Counted from the stretch's first letter, positions 7,637-15,383 are shown. The stretch: 40,425 nucleotides of DNA from Candidatus Methylomirabilota bacterium (GCA_035311385.1 DATGCY010000724.1:1-40425), one strand, 5' to 3'. Translations and numbers: made by a program. Notes: a model not told the origin generated them from the letters alone.

Positions 7637-8116
7637 ATGGGTCGGGTGGCACGGGATGCTACGCGTTTGGACGCCGCGTTCCCCGTGCCGCCCTATCTTC
7701 CCCCCCCCGCCCGCACCATCCTCCCGTGGGCGCGCCGCTACGTCGCCACCACCGCCCGCCGCTCGAGCCTCTCCCTTGATGACGCGTGGGATGAAGCCAT
7801 CACGGCGCTGCTCCGCGCTGCGGTCTACTTTCAGCCCGGCGCTGGCACGTTCCATGCCTACGCCCGCACCGCCGTCATCCGCGGCCTCTGGCGCTACTGC
7901 CGCCGTCCCAGCCGCCTCCCCATCGAGGGACTTCCCGCGCACGCACTAACAGCCCCCAGCGCCGAGACCGTCGTGGCGCTCGCCGACCTGGCCGCGGCTT
8001 ATGCTGCGGATGAAGTCGGGGCAGCGATGGCGATCCAGTCGCCGCGCTCAACATCCAGCCTGAGCCCTAGCTTCTTGGCGATGCCATGCATGCCGCGCGT
8101 AGCGACAAAGGACTGA
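7637..8116 (+). CDS. Sigma-70 region-2-like protein (159 aa)
   Basis: GGAGG lies 8 nt upstream. DDAWDEAITALLRAAVYFQPGAGTFHAYARTAVIRGLWRY follows the sigma-70 region 2 pattern. No region 4 is seen. GC3 drops in the last ~40 codons, which overlap the convergent gene. Confidence 0.45.
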   Translation: MGRVARDATRLDAAFPVPPYLPPPARTILPWARRYVATTARRSSLSLDDAWDEAITALLRAAVYFQPGAGTFHAYARTAVIRGLWRYCRRPSRLPIEGLPAHALTAPSAETVVALADLAAAYAADEVGAAMAIQSPRSTSSLSPSFLAMPCMPRVATKD

Positions 8117-8370
8117 GCGAATGCCTGCTCGGCCGTCTTCCCCGCATGCAACGCCGTCGCGCAATCGTCCGCCGCGCGGAGATAGTGACCGATCCGGTAG
8201 ATGTTCGGCTGGTAGCGCCGCCGCACTTCGTGCGCCGTCTCCTGCGCATCCAAGCGTACCAGCAAGGCTCCTAATCGGGCACGGAAGACCGCAATCTCGT
8301 CTGTAGTCATGGTCATCGACTCGCTTTCTGGAGCCACAGCCGCTCCGCCAGTGGCACGCGCCGCGGGCAT
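7999..8370 (-). CDS. Hypothetical protein (123 aa ORF; alternative starts at 8316/8310)
   Basis: ORF-track ORF and last gene of the micro-operon. No family recognised. Start uncertain. Confidence 0.45.
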   Translation of the reverse strand: MPAARATGGAAVAPESESMTMTTDEIAVFRARLGALLVRLDAQETAHEVRRRYQPNIYRIGHYLRAADDCATALHAGKTAEQAFAQSFVATRGMHGIAKKLGLRLDVERGDWIAIAAPTSSAA

Positions 8371-8392
8371 GCCACCAGACGCATCGGCCGCG

Positions 8393-8470
8393 TCACCGCT
8401 GGATCAGCCCGAACCGCTGCAGCACATGGACCACGTACATGCCCGCCACAAAGAGCGCGATCGCCATCAT
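8393..8470 (-). CDS. Hydrophobic micropeptide (25 aa, MMAIALFVAGMYVVHVLQRFGLIQR)
   Basis: Hand-translated. ATGA overlap with the upstream micro-ORF. 23 of 25 codons end in G or C. Confidence 0.4.
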   Translation of the reverse strand: MMAIALFVAGMYVVHVLQRFGLIQR

Positions 8471-8535
8471 GGGATCACCAGATACGCCGTCGCGCTCACC
8501 AGCATCGTCACGGCGCTCAGCACAATGATCGTCAT
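8467..8535 (-). CDS. Hydrophobic micropeptide (22 aa, MTIIVLSAVTMLVSATAYLVIP)
   Basis: Hand-translated from the tail of ORF 8467..8703. 19 of 22 codons end in G or C. GAGG lies ~10 nt upstream. Confidence 0.4.
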   Translation of the reverse strand: MTIIVLSAVTMLVSATAYLVIP

Positions 8536-8539
8536 GGCC

Positions 8540-8719
8540 CTACGCCTCGCACGCGGCCCGAAACCGCCCCTCGTCGAACCGCGGTCCGAACGCCCGAAAC
8601 AACGCAACGTACGCCTCCTCGATCTGGTCGATCTTGGCTCCGATCGTCTCCGCGTACTGCCGATGGCGTCTGAGCTCCCGCACGTACCGCGCGGCATACT
8701 CAAAATGCTTCTTCGTCAT
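8540..8719 (-). CDS. Hypothetical protein (59 aa, MTKKHFEYAARYV...)
   Basis: AGGAGG lies 6 nt upstream of ATG 8719. High GC3. Confidence 0.65.
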   Translation of the reverse strand: MTKKHFEYAARYVRELRRHRQYAETIGAKIDQIEEAYVALFRAFGPRFDEGRFRAACEA

Positions 8720-8730
8720 GGTCAACCTCC

Positions 8731-8784
8731 TAGGTAATGTCATGTGGCCATGTGGCCACTCACTCACATGGACGTGATTACCTA
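8731..8784. promoter_or_regulatory. 54-bp imperfect palindrome (candidate operator) in a divergent intergenic region
   Basis: TAGGTAAT (8731-8738) and ATTACCTA (8777-8784) are perfect inverted 8-mers. Inner CATGTG/CACATG arms. Tandem ATGTGGCC x2 at 8742-8757. Confidence 0.5.
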
Positions 8785-8811
8785 AGAAGGTGTGTCACCG
8801 CAAGAGCGCAC

Positions 8812-9246
8812 ATGCCTGGCAAGCGTAACCTCGCCCGCGAACGCGCCCAGCACGCCGCCACCGAACACGAGCGGAGCGCCGCTCTATACACGATGCTCTG
8901 TCAGGCGCTCCCAGACCGCGAACAAGCGATCATCGGCCACGCCCGCATCCTGCACCACCTCGCCTCCCTCCACGTTACCCGTCGCAACGGCCGCCCACTC
9001 TCCTGGCGCATCGTCACGCGCTGGCGTCGCCTCCACGCCTTCCCGCTCCTCTCCGGCGCCTATCGCCCTCACCACCTCGCCCCGCCGTTCTCCACCACGC
9101 ACGCCATCACCGCCTGGCTCCTCACTCGCCTCTCCTCTGACGAGCACGAACTCTTCCGTGTCGGTCAACCCTCACGCGTGGAACCGCAAGGGAACGCGCC
9201 CCGAGATTCGCGTAGCGCAGAGCGCACCCTGGCCGACGCCGCATAG
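8812..9246 (+). CDS. Excisionase/MerR-type HTH DNA-binding protein (144 aa)
   Basis: This frame has clearly the highest GC3. RPLSWRIVTRWRRLHAFPLL...HAITAWLL resembles HTH_17-type domains. ATG 8812 has no SD, so the start is uncertain. Confidence 0.5.
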   Translation: MPGKRNLARERAQHAATEHERSAALYTMLCQALPDREQAIIGHARILHHLASLHVTRRNGRPLSWRIVTRWRRLHAFPLLSGAYRPHHLAPPFSTTHAITAWLLTRLSSDEHELFRVGQPSRVEPQGNAPRDSRSAERTLADAA

Positions 9247-9560
9247 CGCAACCTGACTGGGCCTCGAGAGCGCCGGCGTTGCATCCCGCGTTGCACCCGG
9301 AGCTCGCTTGAGCGTAACCCTGCGGAGTGCAAGCGACTGCAGGCGGCGAGCATCAGGGGGCCAGCCTGACGCCAGGGGTTTTCCACTACCCCCTCCGCTC
9401 GAGTGCCTCAGAATCGGGCAGGCGGGAAGGCAGAGCTCAAGCCAGCTGCCATGCGAGCTGCGACGACCCCGGGCTTGCCGACCGCTTCGACGACTCGCTC
9501 GCCGGCCCGGGGCCGAAGCATCCCCTCCTGTACGGAGCTGCCAGAATGGCAACTTTTCGA

Positions 9561-9834
9561 GGCACCAGAAGTGGCCGGAGGGGGGGTGCCACGGGGTACA
9601 CCAAACATTCTGCTGGCGCTGTGCCCCCCCTCTTCCCCTAGTGTTCTATACCCCTTGGTACCCCTGGTACCCTGGTGGGGGGGTAATAAAAGAGCAACGG
9701 ATACCGTGGTTTGAGGAGTGCCAGGGAGGTGCCACGGGTGCCAGCGGAAAGTCTTCAGAAGGGGCTGGTAGGGCTGGCACCCCTGGCACAGGGGGAGGGG
9801 GAGAAGGAGAGGTGCCATGGGGGGTGCTGGCACC
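9561..9834. repeat. Array of nine GGYRCC hexamers plus an AT-rich spacer (candidate replication origin or binding array)
   Basis: GGYRCC at 9561, 9585, 9657, 9666, 9728, 9737, 9776, 9811 and 9829. Near-variants at 9700, 9785 and 9824. GTAATAAAAGAG at 9682-9693. Lies just downstream of the primase-helicase gene. Confidence 0.55.
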
Positions 9835-9845
9835 CCTTGTAGAGG

Positions 9846-11984
9846 TCAGGGGGCGAACCAGCGGCGGGGGCGGGAGTGGCCGCGGCGGGAGAAGCCGGCG
9901 CGTTTGAGGATATCGGTGACGCGGTGGGTGTCGGTGCCTTTCCAGCGGTCTGGGGGGAGATGGAGGCAGGCGTCGAGGATCTCGGTGGAGGAGACGTGGG
10001 GGAGGGGGGCGATGTAGTCGAGGACGAGGGGTTCCCAGGGGTCGGCGTCGTAGCGATCGTCTTGGGCGGCGGCGAGGAGAGGGGCGTGAGCGGGGGAGGG
10101 CCACCAGGGGGTTCCGGCGCGGAATTCGGAGACGGCTTCGGCCCAGAGCTGGTCGCGGTCGCGGGTGGCGGCGGGGGGATCGAGGGTGGTGGTGGTGATG
10201 GGCCAGAAGCGCCGGGCGCCGGTCGGATCGTGGAGGTAGGCGTCGTCGTTGGTGGTGCCGATGAAGAGGCACTGGCGGGGGCGGCGACGGAAGGTGCGGG
10301 CGTAGGGGGGGCGATAGACGTCGACGGGGCGGGAGAGGAAGTCTTTAATGCGGGAGGAGGCGATGGCGCGGAAGGCGTCGAGTTCGCCGACTTCGACGAG
10401 CCAGTGGCCTTGGAGTTGGTGGGCGGCCTGGTCGGAGGAGAGGTTTGGGAGGTGGGGGAGGAAGTAGGGGCCGGCGAGGGCGCGGATGAGGGAGGATTTG
10501 CCGGCGCCTTGGGGGCCTTCGAGGATGAGCATGTGATCGGCTTGGCAGCCTGGGGCGAGGATGCGGGCAACGGCGGCGATCAGCGTCCAGGTGCCGACGA
10601 GGGACGTGGTGTGGGAGTCTGGGGCACCGGCGTAAGTCTGGAGCCAAGTGGGGAGGCGGGGCTGCCCGTCCCAGACGAGGGCGTGGAGATAGTCGCGCAG
10701 GGGGTGGATGGGGGTGGCGTCGGCGGCGGTCGTGGTGGCGGTGTGTGCGGTATCGGGGCCGATGGTCCAGCCGCGGGTGCGGGTGCACCAGTGGGCGACG
10801 TAGGTGAGGTGGGCATCGGAGAGGTCGGTGCCGACGGTGGGGGTGGGGTAGCCGGAGAGGGGAGGAGGCGGGCGGCGCCAGAGGATGCGGTCAGCGAAGG
10901 TGTCGTGGGCGAGGGTGCCGGCCCACAGCGGGTCGTTCATCAAGAGGTCGGCGACATCGCCGGCGGAGGCGCGGGTGCGTTTGCCGATGGGGTGGAGGCG
11001 GGGGCCCGGTGGAGGCGGCGCATCGGCGTCGGTGGGAGGGGGGACGTCCTCGCGGAGCCCGAGGCTCTGGCGAGCGCGGGTGACGGCGTCGGGGGGAAGG
11101 GCGGTGAGGACGGCGGCGGTGGTCAAGTCGGTGCAGTGGGAATGGGAGCAGTGGAACCAGCCGGGGCCGCCGGGGCGTTGGGGGGCGTAGACGACGGAGG
11201 AGCCGTTGAAGCGGGACCCGGTCGAGTGGTCGTCTTCGCGGGGGCAGCGGGCGGCGGACTTGTCGGGGCCGAGCGGGGGTCCGAGCCAGCCGGCTTCCTC
11301 GAGGGCGCGACCGAGGAGCCCATCGCGGACGGCGGCGGCGGTGGGGGTCGCGGCGTGGACGGGGCGGGTATCGAGGAGCTCCACGAGCCAGGCGGGCGCG
11401 TCCGCGACGGGGAGGTCCTCGAGGGAGTAGCCGAGTTCGAAGGTGTAGGGGCGTCCGGAGCGGTGACCGGAGGGGGCGGCGATGATGTAGCCGCCGTCGG
11501 CTTTGAGATCGATGCCGCGGCCGAGGCCGTGGCGGGGGCCGCGGACGTGGGGGCGATTGGGGCGGGCGAGGAGGAGATGGAGGCCGCCGCCGCCCGTCAA
11601 CTGGCGGGGCGTATCGGGGAAGGGCCCGTAGCGGGCCTCCAAGTCGGACAAGGAGGCGTCGCCGCCGTTGCGGGGATCGACATCGACGACGAGGAGGCCG
11701 GAGGGGCCGCAGGCGATGGCGAGGTGGGCGCGGGGCCACTCGGACCACCAGCGGGTGACGGTGGCGGGATCGGTGGTGGCGTCCTTGACGCCGTTCGGGG
11801 TGCGGGGGTGTTTGCCGGGGGAGCCGCAGTGGCCGGCGGCGTCGCGGGAGGGGTGGGTGCGGGGGCACGCGCAGTCGCTTGAGTCCGGGGTGACTTCCCA
11901 GCAGGGGAAGACGGCGCACTGGTGGGAGAGGTAGCCGAGGGCGGCGGTGAGGAGGGGTGAGGGCTCGTGTGCTGGGCCCATCAT
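9846..11984 (-). CDS. Bifunctional Prim-Pol primase / VirE(D5)-type helicase (712 aa)
   Basis: N-terminal Prim-Pol blocks (LLVVDVDPRNGG, GGGGLHLLL, GIDLKADGGYIIAAPS). C-terminal P-loop GPQGAGKS and VEVGELD. ATGATG at 11984 overlaps the upstream stop. Confidence 0.85.
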   Translation of the reverse strand: MMGPAHEPSPLLTAALGYLSHQCAVFPCWEVTPDSSDCACPRTHPSRDAAGHCGSPGKHPRTPNGVKDATTDPATVTRWWSEWPRAHLAIACGPSGLLVVDVDPRNGGDASLSDLEARYGPFPDTPRQLTGGGGLHLLLARPNRPHVRGPRHGLGRGIDLKADGGYIIAAPSGHRSGRPYTFELGYSLEDLPVADAPAWLVELLDTRPVHAATPTAAAVRDGLLGRALEEAGWLGPPLGPDKSAARCPREDDHSTGSRFNGSSVVYAPQRPGGPGWFHCSHSHCTDLTTAAVLTALPPDAVTRARQSLGLREDVPPPTDADAPPPPGPRLHPIGKRTRASAGDVADLLMNDPLWAGTLAHDTFADRILWRRPPPPLSGYPTPTVGTDLSDAHLTYVAHWCTRTRGWTIGPDTAHTATTTAADATPIHPLRDYLHALVWDGQPRLPTWLQTYAGAPDSHTTSLVGTWTLIAAVARILAPGCQADHMLILEGPQGAGKSSLIRALAGPYFLPHLPNLSSDQAAHQLQGHWLVEVGELDAFRAIASSRIKDFLSRPVDVYRPPYARTFRRRPRQCLFIGTTNDDAYLHDPTGARRFWPITTTTLDPPAATRDRDQLWAEAVSEFRAGTPWWPSPAHAPLLAAAQDDRYDADPWEPLVLDYIAPLPHVSSTEILDACLHLPPDRWKGTDTHRVTDILKRAGFSRRGHSRPRRWFAP

Positions 11985-12307
11985 GGGGAGCTGAGGGTGA
12001 GCACGGGCCGCGTGGGGAGTGCGGGGCCACTGGGGGTGATGGGATCGGTCCACGGGGTGGGGAGTGTGGTGGCGGCGAGGGCGACGGCGCGGACGGCGAC
12101 CCAAGGATTCGGGTCGCGGCGGACCAGCGTGCCGAGCGCGGAGCGCCACGCGCAGACCCAAGACGCGTCGGTGTGGGTGGCGTCGGAGACGAGGAGGACA
12201 CTCTCGCCGTAGGCGTGGAAGAAGTCGAGGAGGAGCCCGCCGTCGGCCCAGCCAACGCGGTAGGAGCGGGCGAGGAGCGCCCGGAGGTCGTTGAGGGGCA
12301 CGCTCAT
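11981..12307 (-). CDS. Hypothetical protein (108 aa)
   Basis: ATGA overlaps at both ends. No family recognised. Confidence 0.55.
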   Translation of the reverse strand: MSVPLNDLRALLARSYRVGWADGGLLLDFFHAYGESVLLVSDATHTDASWVCAWRSALGTLVRRDPNPWVAVRAVALAATTLPTPWTDPITPSGPALPTRPVLTLSSP

Positions 12308-12468
12308 GGCAGCGGGCGTCCTCTGATGCCGCGGAGTTCGGCGTCGATATCGCGGAGGTCGTTGGCGGCATCGGAGACGCCGTGCCAGTCCTGATCGCGG
12401 ACCTTGGCATCGAGGTAGGCGATGACGACGAGGCGGAGCTGCTCGAGATGGGTGAGTCGATCCATCAT
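12304..12468 (-). CDS. Hypothetical protein (54 aa, MMDRLTHLEQ...)
   Basis: ATGA overlaps at both ends. It is the tail of ORF 12304..12795. Confidence 0.5.
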   Translation of the reverse strand: MMDRLTHLEQLRLVVIAYLDAKVRDQDWHGVSDAANDLRDIDAELRGIRGRPLP

Positions 12469-12635
12469 CCGGCGGGCTTCTCCTCGAGGGGGAGGAGTTC
12501 TTGGCCGCAGCGGCGGCAGCGGATGCGGCAGCCGCCGGCGTCGCGGGCCTGGTACTCGCGGGTCTTTTTGGGATGCGGGCAGGGGCGGCCGGCGCCGGCC
12601 GAGCGCGACTCGCCGATGGTGCGACGGCGACCCAT
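12465..12635 (-). CDS. Small Cys-rich protein (56 aa)
   Basis: CPHP...CRIRCRRC suggests a zinc-binding motif. Start and stop are coupled to the neighbouring genes. Confidence 0.5.
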   Translation of the reverse strand: MGRRRTIGESRSAGAGRPCPHPKKTREYQARDAGGCRIRCRRCGQELLPLEEKPAG

Positions 12636-12994
12636 CACTTGCGCTCGATCTGGCGTGGAGCGGGTGGTGGAAGGGCTTGGGGACGTGGAACGCCGCCGGG
12701 CGGGCTCTGTCCCTGGACATCCCGGGTCCAGAGGCCCGCGTTCCAGCTGACGATGAGCCGTTCGATGGCGCGATCCATGTCTTGGCGGTCGACATTGCCG
12801 ATGAAGGTGAATTCGGGGCCGTCGCGGTTGAAGAGCCAGAGGACGAAGCCCGTCGGGTGCGAGAGCGTGCGCGCGAGGCGCAGATCGAGGAGCGCGGCGG
12901 CGACGCGGGCCTCGTCGTCGAGGGCGCCTTGGAGTTTCGGGTCGACCTTCCGCTCCGGGGCGGGCAGCGCGCGGGGTTTGCGTGGGCGTTTCAT
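12635..12994 (-). CDS. Hypothetical protein (119 aa, MKRPRKPRAL...)
   Basis: ATGA overlap with the upstream stop at 12991-12994. No family recognised. Confidence 0.55.
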   Translation of the reverse strand: MKRPRKPRALPAPERKVDPKLQGALDDEARVAAALLDLRLARTLSHPTGFVLWLFNRDGPEFTFIGNVDRQDMDRAIERLIVSWNAGLWTRDVQGQSPPGGVPRPQALPPPAPRQIERK

Positions 12995-13170
12995 CGTGGA
13001 TGCTCCATGACGAGGCGGACGATGGTGACGAAGCCCAAGTCGGTGACGAGTGGCATGCGGCACTCGGAGCCGTCACGGTAATACGGGCAGGGATCGCCCA
13101 TGTGGAGGATGCGGCTTTCCAGCGCGTGATCGTCGAAGCTGACGCGGCAGCGAAGGCACGAGAGGATCAT
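12991..13170 (-). CDS. Small zinc-ribbon-like protein (59 aa)
   Basis: CLRC...CPYYRDGSEC. ATGA overlap with the RuvC-like stop. Confidence 0.5.
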   Translation of the reverse strand: MILSCLRCRVSFDDHALESRILHMGDPCPYYRDGSECRMPLVTDLGFVTIVRLVMEHPR

Positions 13171-13682
13171 GCGTAGCTGTGCTCCTGGGTGATGAGGCCG
13201 TGCTCGATCGCGGCGGCGACGGCGAGCATCACGGCATCGGCGTGGTCCAATTTGAGCGCTACGCCGGGGAACCGGCGGCAGGCAGCGACGCAGACGGCGT
13301 TTTTCCGAGTCACCTTGTCGGTGGTCTCCGGGAGGCCGACCAGCTTCCGCCAGCGCTGCGGCTGGACCACGGCAAACGGGATCGCGCAGGCGACCAAGAG
13401 CGCCGTCCAGAGCCCCTCTCCATATCCGGTCGTGAAGATGGAGGCGCGACCCTGCCCGGGTCTGGCCCCCTGCGCCTCGAGATAGGCGAAGGTGATCGGG
13501 CGCACCCGCTGCAGCGCCTCCAAAAGGGTGACGATGTCGTAGCGGCGGCGCTTGCCGGTGCCGACAGCGGTCCAAATGACGGGCGTTGCGGTCACATGGA
13601 TCGACTGATGCCCATCTTCCGCCACCCGAAGGACGGCAAAGGCCCCCGCAAGGCCGGGATCGCACCCGAGATAGAGGCTCAC
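13167..13682 (-). CDS. RuvC-like Holliday junction resolvase (171 aa)
   Basis: N-terminal LGCDPGLAGAFAVL, a central E-containing block (AYLEAQ) and a C-terminal DHADAVMLA match the RuvC-fold catalytic layout. Confidence 0.7.
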   Translation of the reverse strand: MSLYLGCDPGLAGAFAVLRVAEDGHQSIHVTATPVIWTAVGTGKRRRYDIVTLLEALQRVRPITFAYLEAQGARPGQGRASIFTTGYGEGLWTALLVACAIPFAVVQPQRWRKLVGLPETTDKVTRKNAVCVAACRRFPGVALKLDHADAVMLAVAAAIEHGLITQEHSYA

Positions 13683-14185
13683 GACATCGCCAACAGGAGT
13701 TGTCGGGGCGGATCGAGGCGTGCCGTCATGGCGCGCGTGAATGCACCCGTGCCAGGGAACAGATCCACGATCTCATCGCCGGGAAGCGCATAGAGCACGT
13801 CGAGCACCCAGTGACAGAAGCCCGGCGGCTTGGCACCGATCAGAATGCGTCCATTCAGAGACGCGCTCTCCAGATGCCAGTCCCGGACCGTGTCCTCCGT
13901 GCGGGGCCGTTTGCGGCCCCCGCGGACGAGGACCGGCTCCCACGCGTAGGCGACCGTGACGCCGGCGCGGAAGGGGGTATAGGGCTTCACCCACGCGAGG
14001 ACGCGCACATCATCTGGACAGAGCGGCAGGAGCTCGCGGAGCGCACTGCTTTTGGTGGAGAGTGCCCAGCCATCCGGGTACTCGTGGACGAGCTGGTGGA
14101 TCAGGCGAGGCTGATCCACCTCCGTCTGCTCCGGGTAGTAGCCCGCGTACCCGGGATAGGGTGGATCGGCATAGGCGAATCTCAT
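13679..14185 (-). CDS. DNA methyltransferase (DPPY motif, 168 aa)
   Basis: N-terminal YADPPYPG (motif IV) and C-terminal VDLFPGTGAF (motif I) in permuted order, typical of small phage N6-A/N4-C methyltransferases. Confidence 0.7.
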   Translation of the reverse strand: MRFAYADPPYPGYAGYYPEQTEVDQPRLIHQLVHEYPDGWALSTKSSALRELLPLCPDDVRVLAWVKPYTPFRAGVTVAYAWEPVLVRGGRKRPRTEDTVRDWHLESASLNGRILIGAKPPGFCHWVLDVLYALPGDEIVDLFPGTGAFTRAMTARLDPPRQLLLAMS

Positions 14186-14616
14186 GCCGCCTCCCATCGG
14201 AGCTTTCCCTGCGTCGGGTGGAGATCGACGCGGGGGCGACTCTCGCGGGACCAGGATCCACCGCCCACCTCCCCGATCAGCTGAAAGCCTGCGGCGCGGA
14301 GGCTCGTACCCGGTTCGCTCTCAAGGATATAGGTGACGCAGCGCTTGTAGCCGAGCGCGAACGCGGCCCGCCGAGCTGCCCCATAGAGGAAGGAGCAGGC
14401 GTTGCGGGTGCCGTCAGTGGCGACGCGGGTGATCTCGACCGTCCAGCCATCATCGAGGCGGCGAGCGACCGGGCGCCCGACGATGGCAACCCCGATGATC
14501 GTGCCATCCTTCGCAGCTCCTAGGCAGAAGCGGCACCCACGACTAGGTCCGTGGTGGCGGTGGAACCGCGCCACGTAGGCGTTCGCTTCCCGGAGTGTCA
14601 ACGGGACGCAGATCAT
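14182..14616 (-). CDS. GNAT-fold-like protein of unknown function (144 aa)
   Basis: The blocks FHRHHGP, IGVAIVGRPVARRLDDG, NACSFLYGAA and GTSLRAAGF resemble a phage-associated acetyltransferase-like family as I recall it. Not verified. Confidence 0.4.
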   Translation of the reverse strand: MICVPLTLREANAYVARFHRHHGPSRGCRFCLGAAKDGTIIGVAIVGRPVARRLDDGWTVEITRVATDGTRNACSFLYGAARRAAFALGYKRCVTYILESEPGTSLRAAGFQLIGEVGGGSWSRESRPRVDLHPTQGKLRWEAA

Positions 14617-14816
14617 GCCGCCTCCGGGCCCCGGGCGCGGGCGATGATGACGATCTCGTCGGCTGAGAGGCGCACGTCCACGATGTCCCACCGGCCACCG
14701 ACCCCCAGCGGCCTCACATATATAGAGGTGCTCGAGCGGGCGGGACTGGCCCGGAGCCGATCCCGCAGGAGGGCGACGACATGCGCCGCCAAGAGGGGCC
14801 GCGGGGCGCTAGCCAT
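14613..14816 (-). CDS. Hypothetical protein (67 aa)
   Basis: ORF-track ORF. ATGA overlap with the downstream gene. Confidence 0.45.
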   Translation of the reverse strand: MASAPRPLLAAHVVALLRDRLRASPARSSTSIYVRPLGVGGRWDIVDVRLSADEIVIIARARGPEAA

Positions 14817-15015
14817 GGTCCTCGTCCAACAGATGGCGCTCCGCCTCCCGCGCGATGCACTCCAATGCCTGATCCAGTTGGAGGTGCTCCACGACCGGAT
14901 AGAGGTAGTGGTACACGGCGCGAACCGTCAGCGGATACGTGCGGAGCCGTGGGTGCCGGCGGAGCATGCGCTCTATGGCGACGTCGTGCAGCCGGGTCGC
15001 CTGTTGACTAGTCAT
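14809..15015 (-). CDS. Hypothetical protein (68 aa; alternative start at 15045)
   Basis: ATG 15015 follows the upstream stop at 15029. No family recognised. Confidence 0.45.
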   Translation of the reverse strand: MTSQQATRLHDVAIERMLRRHPRLRTYPLTVRAVYHYLYPVVEHLQLDQALECIAREAERHLLDEDHG

Positions 15016-15028
15016 CGTGCCGGCCGTC

Positions 15029-15247
15029 CTACCGGGAGCGTTCATAGGAGAGCAGCTCGCACTGCTCGATCAGGCGGTCCGGGGCATCGTGGCCCTGGAT
15101 GCGGTACAGCAGCCGCCGCCCGCCGGCGTACTCCTCCGTGACGCGCGCGACGACTATATAAGGATAGGGCGGGTCGTCGGTGGGGGTCGACACGGCGACG
15201 GCAAACGTCACCAGCCCCCCGATCTCGAACCGATGGCCCGTCTCCAT
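15029..15247 (-). CDS. Hypothetical protein (72 aa), first gene of the leftward early operon
   Basis: GGGGAGGGG lies upstream of ATG 15247. Beta-rich small protein. Confidence 0.55.
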   Translation of the reverse strand: METGHRFEIGGLVTFAVAVSTPTDDPPYPYIVVARVTEEYAGGRRLLYRIQGHDAPDRLIEQCELLSYERSR

Positions 15248-15383
15248 CTCCCGCCCCTCCCCTCAAGGCGGGCGGGTGCCCTCCGCCGCGCCTTGGGTTT
15301 CGGCTCTGGGGAGGGCCCGCCGGGGACAGCGGGCAAATAAGAGCCGAGACCGAGCCACCATCCGCCTCCACCCCCATCCGCCG

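Noticed and set aside
8731-8784. Face-to-face promoters using the two GGTAAT elements of the palindrome as -10 boxes
   Set aside because: No acceptable -35 hexamers occur at 17-nt spacing on either strand, so only the palindrome itself is reported.
9363-9384. Rho-independent terminator after the HTH gene (CCTG-ACGC-CAGG followed by GGTTTT)
   Set aside because: The stem is only 4 bp and the T-run only 4 nt, which is too weak to call.
9561-9834. CRISPR array or sigma-54 promoters in the repeat region
   Set aside because: The repeat units are only 6-12 bp with irregular spacing, and there are no cas genes. The TGGCAC copies lack a GC dinucleotide at the required N10 distance.
9876-11882. 668-aa plus-strand ORF (G/A/V/E-rich) and similar very long ORFs at 2875-4758 (+), 4239-6119 (+), 32792-34276 (+) and 37850-39412 (+)
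   Set aside because: They lie antisense to genes with clear domains (primase-helicase, portal, terL, tail, capsid). Their composition is low-complexity R/G/A/P. Stop-poor shadow frames are expected in GC-rich DNA.
9646-12255. Pro/Arg/Ser-rich minus-strand ORFs (9646-10272, 9755-10570, 10345-10788, 10891-12255)
   Set aside because: They are off-frames of the primase-helicase gene, with no motifs and extreme composition.
14572-14601. A fourth TTGACA-N18-TAC... promoter-like match on the minus strand
   Set aside because: It lies inside the GNAT-like coding sequence with no ATG at the expected distance. It is treated as a chance match and noted as a caution for the leaderless-promoter finding.
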